Shown: in pieces, positions 57,114 through 64,000 of the stretch | Layout: each line of letters starts with the position of its first letter | How positions within the stretch are numbered: position 1 is the first letter of the stretch | DNA from: an uncultured Gemmatimonadales bacterium | Lineage (GTDB): Bacteria > Gemmatimonadota > Gemmatimonadetes > Gemmatimonadales > Gemmatimonadaceae | Length of the DNA stretch: 64,000 bases | Direction: 5' to 3' | NCBI GenBank assembly: GCA_963851265.1 | Contig: CAWKNZ010000007.1 | Coordinates: 256,001 to 320,000, forward strand | The notes under the pieces: model-generated | Databases searched by the model: none | Told to the model about the DNA's origin: nothing | The model's input: the letters and a program-made list of their open reading frames with translations, nothing else | Made by a program: the position numbers and the translations under genes

Positions 57114-57722
57114 ATCCCGCTCTGGCTCCCGCCGTACGCCGGCACGCTCACGCCTCTCGAGCAGCTCTCGGCGTACCTGACCCTCGCGGTCACCCCGATC
57201 ATCACCGAGGAGTTCGCGCCGATCCTCGGCGGGATCGCGGTGTCGCAGGGGCAGCTCGGGCTCGTCCGCGTCATCGTCGCCGTCACCGTCGGCGGGTGGA
57301 TCGCGACCGGCCTGCTCTACGTGCTCGGGACGTGGCGCGGGCCCTGGGTGCGGCGCCGCTTCCCGCAGGCCGGGCGCGCGATCGACGCGCTCACGCGCGC
57401 GGTGTGCAAGCGCCCGTGGCGCGCGTCGTTCGCGGTGCGCATCGCGTTCGGCGCGCGGCTGCTGCTGCCGCTCGCGTGCGGCGTGGCGCACGTGCGCCCC
57501 GCGACGTACTTCGTCGGCTCGCTCGTCGGGTCGGCCGCGTGGTCGACCGTCTTCGTACTCATCGGTTACGAATTCGGCGAGACGGCCATCCACACGCTCG
57601 AGCGCGTGCGCTCGTACGACCGGTACGCGTACGCACTCGTCGCGGCCGCCGTCGTGATCGGCGCGGGCGTCCTGTGGCGCCGGCGCGCGCGGCGCGAGGG
57701 CGCAGACGCGCCTCCCGGGTGA
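57114..57722 (+). CDS. DedA/VTT family membrane protein; apparent ATC start
   Basis: PIITEE..ILGG, LYVLG, VRIAFGAR, AAWSTVFVLIGY; GAGGT 5 nt before ATC 57114; in-frame stop at 57042. Confidence 0.75.
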   Translation: MPLWLPPYAGTLTPLEQLSAYLTLAVTPIITEEFAPILGGIAVSQGQLGLVRVIVAVTVGGWIATGLLYVLGTWRGPWVRRRFPQAGRAIDALTRAVCKRPWRASFAVRIAFGARLLLPLACGVAHVRPATYFVGSLVGSAAWSTVFVLIGYEFGETAIHTLERVRSYDRYAYALVAAAVVIGAGVLWRRRARREGADAPPG

Positions 57723-59290
57723 GCGCCCGGACGCGCCGCGTCGCGGCGCTGTGCTGCGCGGCACTCACCGGCGCGTGCGAGACGGGTGCGACGCACGGCA
57801 CGTCGGGCGACGGGTCTGCGCGTGACGGCGCGTCCGCGGCCGGCGTCGCGACCGCGCACGCGCTCCCGGCGCCAGCCGCACCGACCACCGTGAGCGAGCA
57901 GACGTTGCGCTTCGACGCGTTCGGCACGGTGCACGTGCTGCACGCCGGCGCGGGCGCACTCGCCGGCAGCGCGCCCGCACGCACGGTCGTCTTCGCCGCC
58001 GGCGACGGTGGATGGGATACGGCCGCGGCGTCGGTCGCACGTCGCATCGCGGCGAGCGGCGACGTGCTCGTCATCGGTGTCGACGGCGCCGCGTACCGGC
58101 GGCGCGAGATGCGCGGGCGCGGCTGCGCATCGCCGGCCGGCGACTTCGAGGCGGTGAGTCAGTACACGCAGCACCGTCTCGGCCTCGCGCGCTACACGCC
58201 GCCGGTGCTCGTCGGCCAGGCGGCGGCGGGCGCGCTCGCGTACGCCACGCTCGCCGGAGCGCCCCGGGGCACGTTCCCCGGCGCGATCGCGCTCGGGCTC
58301 TGCCCCGGCGCCACCGCGCCGAAGGCGTTCTGCGCCGCGTCCCGCCGCCAGACGTTAGGCGCGCGCCGCGGCGCCGGTTACGCCCTGACGCCCGACACGA
58401 CGCTCCGTCTCCCGGTGACGATCCTCCGCCCCGCCGACGAGCCGGCCGCGTGTTCCGCGGCGGACGTGGAGCGGTTCGCGCGCGCGATGCCGGGCGCCGA
58501 GGTGGTGGCCGTGCCGGGCGGCGTCGATTTCGCCGGCGACGGCTGGCTGCCCGCGTTCACGCGCGCCCTCGCGCGCGCCGCACCGGCCGCGCCGCGAGCC
58601 GTGGTCACGCCCTCGGCCGCCCCCGCGGGCGCGAACGTCGCCGACCTGCCGCTCGTCCAGATCGCGCCCGCCGCCAACGCCGCGGGGCCGTCCGACCTGG
58701 TCGCGGTCGTGCTCTCGGGCGACGGCGGCTGGGCGAGCATCGACCGCGAGGTCGGCGAGACGCTCGCGTCCGACGGCGTTCCGGTGGTGGGGCTCAACAC
58801 GCTGCAGTACTTCTGGACGCCGCGGAACCCCGACGGCGCCGCCGCCGACCTCGCCCGCATCGTCGCGCACGCGACCACCTCGCCGCCCGGCGGCGGCACA
58901 CGGCGGCGCGTCGTCCTCGTCGGCTACTCGCGCGGCGCCGACGTGCTGCCGTTCATGGCGCGCCGCCTTCCGCCGGAGTTGCGCGCCCGCGTCGCGGAGG
59001 TCGCGCTGCTCGGCCTCGAGACGTCGATCGCCTTCGAGTTCCACGTCAGCGACTGGCTCGGCGGCTCGGCGCCTAACGAGCGCCCCACCATCCCCGAGGT
59101 CGCCGCGCTCCGCGCCGCGCTGCCCGTCGCCGTGCCCGTGGTCTGCCTGTACGGCACGGGCGAGGACGACAGCGCGTGCCCCGCGGCGGCGCGCCAGGCC
59201 GGCGCACGCGCGATCGCCATGCCCGGCGGACACCACCTCGGCGGCGACTATCCCGCACTCGCGCGGCAGATCCTCGCGGCGCTGCGCTGA
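57719..59290 (+). CDS. AcvB/VirJ family aminoacyl-phosphatidylglycerol hydrolase-like protein
   Basis: GDGGW twice, DLPLV, LSGDGGWASID, LQYFW, LVGYSRGA, FEFHVSDWL, PGGHH; lipobox-like TGAC. Confidence 0.88.
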   Translation: MSARTRRVAALCCAALTGACETGATHGTSGDGSARDGASAAGVATAHALPAPAAPTTVSEQTLRFDAFGTVHVLHAGAGALAGSAPARTVVFAAGDGGWDTAAASVARRIAASGDVLVIGVDGAAYRRREMRGRGCASPAGDFEAVSQYTQHRLGLARYTPPVLVGQAAAGALAYATLAGAPRGTFPGAIALGLCPGATAPKAFCAASRRQTLGARRGAGYALTPDTTLRLPVTILRPADEPAACSAADVERFARAMPGAEVVAVPGGVDFAGDGWLPAFTRALARAAPAAPRAVVTPSAAPAGANVADLPLVQIAPAANAAGPSDLVAVVLSGDGGWASIDREVGETLASDGVPVVGLNTLQYFWTPRNPDGAAADLARIVAHATTSPPGGGTRRRVVLVGYSRGADVLPFMARRLPPELRARVAEVALLGLETSIAFEFHVSDWLGGSAPNERPTIPEVAALRAALPVAVPVVCLYGTGEDDSACPAAARQAGARAIAMPGGHHLGGDYPALARQILAALR

Positions 59291-59384
59291 CCGCCCCGGC
59301 GCCGCCGCACGGGGATTCCTCGCGGCGCGTCGAGCGTCTAGGATATTTCGTCCCGCACATTCTGCCCGCCGAACGCGCCCGCCC

Positions 59385-60146
59385 ATGTCGTTCGCCCGCC
59401 CACACCCGCCGTGTGCACGCGCCCTCGCGGCCGCGTGCACCGCAATCGCCGCGCTCGCCCTGACGAGCGACGTCGCTGCCGCCCTGCCGAGCGCTCGCCG
59501 CGGCGCGAGTCGCACCACGCACCGCGCGCACTCCACGGCGCGCGCGCGGCTGCACGCGTCGTCGCACGCGTCGTCGCACGCGCATGCCAAGGCGCGTGCA
59601 CGCTGGCACACGCGCCGCCACGCGCTCGCGACCGTCGCGTCCGCGTCAGCGGCGTCGGAGGCCGGGTTCGGCGGTGCGTCGCTCCGCGGGTCGCACGAGG
59701 CGGTCGACCGGGCGTACGACGCGGCGGTGCGCGACGGAATTCCGTTCGTGCACTCGAAGGGCGAACTCGAGCAGCGTGCGAACGCCGGGGAGTACGTCGC
59801 GCTGCAACGGTCGACCGGGACGTACCAACTCAAGGGCGTCGGCTCGCCGTATGTCCGTGCGGCCACGCGCAATTTCGTGACGAGCTTCGCCGCGAACTAC
59901 GCACGCACGTGTGGCGAGCCGCTCACGGTGACGAGCGCCATGCGGCCGACCACGGTCCACCTGCGCAATTCGGTGCAGAAGTCGGTACACCCGACCGGCA
60001 TGGCGGTCGATCTTCGCGCGTCACGCACCGGTTGCCGTGATTGGATGCGGACGGCGCTCCTCGGCCTCGAACGCCAGGGCATGATCGACGCGACCGAGGA
60101 GCACCATCCGGCGCACTTTCACGTGGTGGTGCTCCGCAATCCGTGA
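59385..60146 (+). CDS. DUF5715-like exported protein with M15/LAS peptidase motifs
   Basis: VTSAMR, SVHPTGMAVD, EEHHPAHFHV; signal peptide. Confidence 0.75.
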   Translation: MSFARPHPPCARALAAACTAIAALALTSDVAAALPSARRGASRTTHRAHSTARARLHASSHASSHAHAKARARWHTRRHALATVASASAASEAGFGGASLRGSHEAVDRAYDAAVRDGIPFVHSKGELEQRANAGEYVALQRSTGTYQLKGVGSPYVRAATRNFVTSFAANYARTCGEPLTVTSAMRPTTVHLRNSVQKSVHPTGMAVDLRASRTGCRDWMRTALLGLERQGMIDATEEHHPAHFHVVVLRNP

Positions 60147-60194
60147 CCGCGGCCCGGGGGCCTCGCGCCCTCGGACCCGTGCCCGGGCACCCCG

Positions 60195-61571
60195 TCAGGC
60201 AGCGTGCGAAGGCGCGTGCACCTCGCGGTTCCCGACCGCCTGCATAGCCGCCGCGTGCGCTGCGGCCGCTCGCACGGCCGCGTGCCGGCGCCGCGGAACG
60301 TCGCCGTGCACGTGGCGTGCGTCGACGAGCGCGCGCACGTGGGCCCGCTGCAGATGATAGATCCAGCCCCCGTACGCGGCGCAGACCGCACGCGCCGCGA
60401 TCTCGACGAGCGCGGGCCCGGCCGCGGCCTCGTCGCCGTGGGCCAGCAGTGCCTGCGCGAGCGCCGCCACACCCGCTGCCGCCGCGACGCGCCAGACCGA
60501 ATGGCGGTAGCGCAGCTCGCGCCGCCCCCAGGCCTCGCCGAGCAGGTAGCCGAGCACCGCGAAACCGCACAGGCCCTCGAGTGAGCGCAGGATGTCGCCG
60601 TCGGTGAGCCCGGGGCCGCCCGCATCCTGGCCGAAGGCGAACAGGGCGAGGTAGAGCGCGAGGAACGGTGCCGCGCGGCCGATGGCCTCGCCCTCGAACC
60701 GGCGCTCGTCGCGCGAACTCCCGATCGCGCGCGTGCTGACCGCCGCCGCGGCGATCGCGGCGAGCGCGAGCCCGACGCCGAACGCCCGCGGCGCACTGCC
60801 GAGCGCCGGCAGCGCGCCGAAGCCGAACCAGAGGGCCGCTGCGCCCGCGGCCGCGGCGGCGCGGCGCGCCACGGCGGACCGCATGCGCGACGGGGCTCGA
60901 CGGCGCCGCTGCACGGTGCCGACGAGCGCCGCGCCGAACAGGCCGAGCGCGACGAGTCCGGCGGAACGCGGCGCGAACACGACATCGCCCGGCGGTCCGC
61001 CGCCGACGGTGAGCGCCGCGAGCGTCACGAGCGGGAGCGCGACGTACACGAGCCCGGTGACGGGCAACTCGAGCGCGAGCCCGCCCGCGAGCAACGCGTC
61101 GGCGCGCAGATGTCGCGCGAGCCGGCGGTGGAGCCACGCGCCGACGAGGGCGCCGAGCGCGTTGCTCGCGACGTCCGTCGGCGACGAATACCGCGCGGGC
61201 TCGAACAGCTGCGTCGTCTCGATGCACATGCTCAGCAGCAGTCCCGCACCACCCGCGCGCCAGAGCGTGCTGCGCGCGTCGGGCACCACGGCGGACCGGG
61301 TCAGCGCGTAGAGGAATCCGAGCGGCGCGAACAGCGCGATGTTGGCCACCGGGTCGAACACGCCGTTCCACCGGCTGTCCGACGCCCAGTAGGTGAGGTG
61401 AATGCCGTCGGGGACGCGGAAGTCGAAGGGCGCGAGCGTCACGACCAGCACGACCACCACGAGATAGCCGAGCACGGCGTGCCCGAGTTTGACGCCGGTG
61501 GAGGCGTACGGAGCGCCGTACGGACGTAGGGCGGGGCGGGGGCGACGATCGCGCCGGGTCGAGGTGCGCAT
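60195..61571 (-). CDS. VanZ-family multi-TM protein
   Basis: TLAPFDF, DPVANIALFAPLG, IETTQLF..RYSSPTDVASNALG. Confidence 0.85.
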   Translation of the reverse strand: MRTSTRRDRRPRPALRPYGAPYASTGVKLGHAVLGYLVVVVLVVTLAPFDFRVPDGIHLTYWASDSRWNGVFDPVANIALFAPLGFLYALTRSAVVPDARSTLWRAGGAGLLLSMCIETTQLFEPARYSSPTDVASNALGALVGAWLHRRLARHLRADALLAGGLALELPVTGLVYVALPLVTLAALTVGGGPPGDVVFAPRSAGLVALGLFGAALVGTVQRRRRAPSRMRSAVARRAAAAAGAAALWFGFGALPALGSAPRAFGVGLALAAIAAAAVSTRAIGSSRDERRFEGEAIGRAAPFLALYLALFAFGQDAGGPGLTDGDILRSLEGLCGFAVLGYLLGEAWGRRELRYRHSVWRVAAAAGVAALAQALLAHGDEAAAGPALVEIAARAVCAAYGGWIYHLQRAHVRALVDARHVHGDVPRRRHAAVRAAAAHAAAMQAVGNREVHAPSHAA

Positions 61572-61737
61572 GGGTACCGGCGAGTGTCGACCGCCGCGGG
61601 AGTCTCCCTGAGGCAGGTGCGCCCGAGGTGTGGCGGAACCCGCGGCGGCGCGGGCACGTAGGGTGCGCGTCCGTGCGCGGCGCACGCGTCACGTGCGCCG
61701 CATGGACGGTCATCGCGTCCTCAACCCGGTACTCCGC

Positions 61738-61959
61738 ATGTCGTCGCGGTTCTCTGCGAAGGGCTCGTCGGGCAACGTCATTGCCGCCGTGTGCTCGTTC
61801 CTCATCCCCGGCCTGGGCCAGCTCGTGCAAGGGCGGGGCGGGAAGGCCATCCTGCATTTCGTCCTGGGCGCGGTGCTCTGGGCGGCGTCTTTCGGCACGC
61901 TCGGGTGGGTCATGCACCTTTGGTCCGCGTACGAAGCCGCTCGCTGGGACGGGGTGTGA
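61738..61959 (+). CDS. Small membrane protein (TM2-like)
   Basis: AAVCSFLIPGLGQLVQGR..HLWSAYEAA. Confidence 0.8.
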   Translation: MSSRFSAKGSSGNVIAAVCSFLIPGLGQLVQGRGGKAILHFVLGAVLWAASFGTLGWVMHLWSAYEAARWDGV

Positions 61960-63101
61960 GCGCAGCGCCGACGGCCGACACCGCGGCCGCACCGCTCGCG
62001 GTCGCGATGCCGGCCGCGCGCGAGGCGGTTGAGACGTTTCTGGCCGACGTGCCGCGCACCGGTCGCCTGGTCGTCTTCTGTCACTTCGACGCCGACGGGC
62101 TCGCTGCCGGAGCCGTCGCGGGGCGCGCCCTCGCCCGACTCGGGTTCACCGGCGTCGAGGTCGTGCCGTCGCGGCGCGGCGAGAGCGCGTTCAGTGACGG
62201 CGCCCGCGCGCGGCTCGCGGCCCTCGCCCCGGACGCGCTCGTCGTGACCGACCTCGGCGTCAAGGGGACCGGAGTACTGCCGGGCGTTCCCACGCTCTAC
62301 GTGGACCACCACCAGCCCGACGGACTCCCGACCGGCGCCGCCGTCGTGGTGTCCGGGTATGGTTGGGACCCCGTGCCCAACTCGGCGTGGATGATGTGGG
62401 AGCTGCTGGCGCCCCGCGCCGCCGCCGCCGGCGCGCCGATCGACGACCTGCTCTGGGTGGCGGCCGTGGGCACGATCAGCGACCTGGGCGAGAAAGCGCC
62501 GTGGGAGCGACTGCCCGACGTCCGCAAGCGGTACACGGCGAAGTGGCTGAAGGAGGCGGTCGCGCTCGTCAACGCGGCGCGGCGCGCGACGGCGTTCGAC
62601 ATCGACACGCCGCTCGAACTCCTGATGACGGCGGACGGCCCGCGGGCGGTGAGCGAGGACGATGCGTCAGGCGCCGGCCGGCTGCGCGCGTACCGGGCGG
62701 AGGTCGGCGCCGCGCTGGCCGAGGCGCGGAAGCGTGCGCCGTTCTTCGCCGGCGGCGGCAGTCCGTGGGCGATGGTGCCCGCCGCGAGCGGGTGCCAGAT
62801 CCACCCGCTCATCGCGCAGCAGTGGCGCGGTCGGCTGCCGAAGCACGCGGTGATGGGCGCCAACGCGGCCTACCTGCCGGGGGTGGTCGCATTCTCGTGT
62901 CGCACGGCGCGCACCGACCTCAACCTGCCGACGACGTTGCGCGGCGCGATCGACCTCGGCGCGCTCAACGCCGATTTCGGCAACGGACACGATCAGGCGA
63001 GTGGCGGGCACCTGCCGCCGGAGCCGTTCGACCGTCTGCTCGCGGCGCTCGGTTTCGACGCGCGGGCGCGCGCCGCGCTCGGGCACGGGGGCCTGGGGTA
63101 G
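61956..63101 (+). CDS. DHH-family phosphoesterase (RecJ-like)
   Basis: HFDADG, VTDLG, VDHH, AVGTISD, FSCR, GNGHDQASG. Confidence 0.88.
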   Translation: MSAAPTADTAAAPLAVAMPAAREAVETFLADVPRTGRLVVFCHFDADGLAAGAVAGRALARLGFTGVEVVPSRRGESAFSDGARARLAALAPDALVVTDLGVKGTGVLPGVPTLYVDHHQPDGLPTGAAVVVSGYGWDPVPNSAWMMWELLAPRAAAAGAPIDDLLWVAAVGTISDLGEKAPWERLPDVRKRYTAKWLKEAVALVNAARRATAFDIDTPLELLMTADGPRAVSEDDASGAGRLRAYRAEVGAALAEARKRAPFFAGGGSPWAMVPAASGCQIHPLIAQQWRGRLPKHAVMGANAAYLPGVVAFSCRTARTDLNLPTTLRGAIDLGALNADFGNGHDQASGGHLPPEPFDRLLAALGFDARARAALGHGGLG

Positions 63102-63193
63102 AGCGGGGGTGAGTTGTGGCCGGGCTTCGTTTGGCCGCGGCCGGATCGTGTCCGGGTGGCCGGTCTTGCCCCTCGCGGGTACGTTCTCCACCT

Positions 63194-63234
63194 TTACCGA
63201 ACGCTGTTCGTCGTCGGTTACCGAACAACGTTCG
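63194..63234 (+). promoter_or_regulatory. Tandem palindromic operator upstream of the acyl-CoA dehydrogenase
   Basis: TTACCGAAC-GCT-GTTCG and TTACCGAAC-AAC-GTTCG, period 24 bp. Confidence 0.65.
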
Positions 63235-63277
63235 CCGCGCGCGATCGTCACGTCTCGCACCCGAGAACCCCGCCCCG

Positions 63278-64000
63278 ATGCCGACCTACAAGGCCCCACT
63301 CGACGACGTCCGCTTCCTGCTCAACGACGTGCTCGCCGTCGAGGAGCTGAGCAAGCTCCCCGGCTACGAGGAGGCGACCCCGGACCTGCTGCTCGCCGTG
63401 CTCGAGGAGGGAGGCACGCTGTGTGAGGACGTGCTCCAGCCGATCAACCAGAGCGGCGACGCCGAGGGGTGCCGGATCGAGGGCGGGCAGGTGTTCACGC
63501 CGACGGGGTTCAAGGAGGCGTACGCCGAGTTCGTGCAGGGCGGCTGGCCGGCGATGACCGGCGACCCCGCGTACGGCGGCCAGGGGCTGCCGCACCTGAC
63601 GCGCTTCATCTTCGACGAGTTTCTCTGCTCGGCCAACCTGTCGTTCTCGATGTACCCGGAGCTCGGGCACGGGGCGGCGATGACGCTCGAAAAGTGGGGG
63701 GATGCGGCGCTCAAGGACCGCTTCCTCGCCAAGATGACAGACGGCACGTGGGGCGGGACGATGTGCCTCACGGAGGCGCACGCGGGCACCGACCTGGGCA
63801 TGATCCGCACGAAGGCCGTCCCCGCCGGCGACGGCTCCTACGTGCTGACCGGGCAGAAGATCTTCATCTCGGCCGGCGACCACGACCTCGCCGAAAACAT
63901 CTGCCACCTCGTGCTGGCCAAGCTGCCCGACGCCCCGGCCGGCACGCGCGGCATCTCGATGTTCCTCGTGCCCAAGTTCGTGCCTAACGAGGACGGCACG
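63278..64000 (+). CDS. Acyl-CoA dehydrogenase (runs off the window; absent from the ORF track)
   Basis: MPTYKAPLDDVRFLL, GDAEGC, YGGQGLP, GTMCLTEAHAGTDLG, GQKIFISAGDHD, GTRGISMFLVPKF. Confidence 0.95.
   Translation, partial: MPTYKAPLDDVRFLLNDVLAVEELSKLPGYEEATPDLLLAVLEEGGTLCEDVLQPINQSGDAEGCRIEGGQVFTPTGFKEAYAEFVQGGWPAMTGDPAYGGQGLPHLTRFIFDEFLCSANLSFSMYPELGHGAAMTLEKWGDAALKDRFLAKMTDGTWGGTMCLTEAHAGTDLGMIRTKAVPAGDGSYVLTGQKIFISAGDHDLAENICHLVLAKLPDAPAGTRGISMFLVPKFVPNEDGT

Noticed and set aside
57083..59290. 735-aa fusion or frameshift between DedA and AcvB
   Set aside because: The upstream part is an off-frame shadow of dedA; acvB has its own GTG and signal peptide at 57719.
1300..63988. GTTAGGC copies as integron attC sites
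   Set aside because: They are mostly single and intragenic, not paired GCCTAAC..GTTAGGC 60-140 bp apart at gene ends, and no integrase is present.
1300..63988. TTAGGC as a telomeric repeat, or TTA as bldA-type control
   Set aside because: The motif is never tandem, and it also occurs as CCT-AAC, as stop codons and intergenically, so it is not tied to the TTA codon.
1..64000. Numerous long antisense and alternate-frame ORFs
   Set aside because: Expected at this GC content because stop codons are scarce; they are Arg/Ala/Pro-rich and lack motifs.

Overview
Very GC-rich (about three-quarters by eye) chromosomal segment of a diderm bacterium; gene content and style suggest Gemmatimonadota (inference only). 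About 52 CDS, and no intact rRNA, tRNA, CRISPR array, transposase or integrase was seen. Left to right: an alpha-glucoside/trehalose/glycogen cluster (GH13, two MFS paralogues, GH100-like hydrolase plus P-loop kinase, lipoprotein trehalase, glgC, GlgM-type glgA); a Na+:solute symporter; a complete cyanophycin locus (iadA, cphB, cphA and a CphA-like protein lacking the ATP-grasp domain); hldD; nudC; a kdp locus with KdpD split into pieces, a porin and a pseudo-histidine kinase; an S9 peptidase; a receptor Ser/Thr kinase with a partner gene; P450 and a spermidine-synthase-like membrane protein divergent from TetR-TolC-MFP, with no permease; an Xre-RES toxin-antitoxin pair; DedA-AcvB; and envelope genes. 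The most unusual signal is a dispersed heptamer GTTAGGC/GCCTAAC (26 exact copies found by eye, 21 as CGTTAGGC). It occurs in both orientations and several reading frames, and it accounts for most of the TTA codons I noticed. Other leads are an exported Hcp-like protein with a coiled-coil insertion, the G-domain-less CphA paralogue and the three-part KdpD. All family calls are from motif recognition, not database searches.
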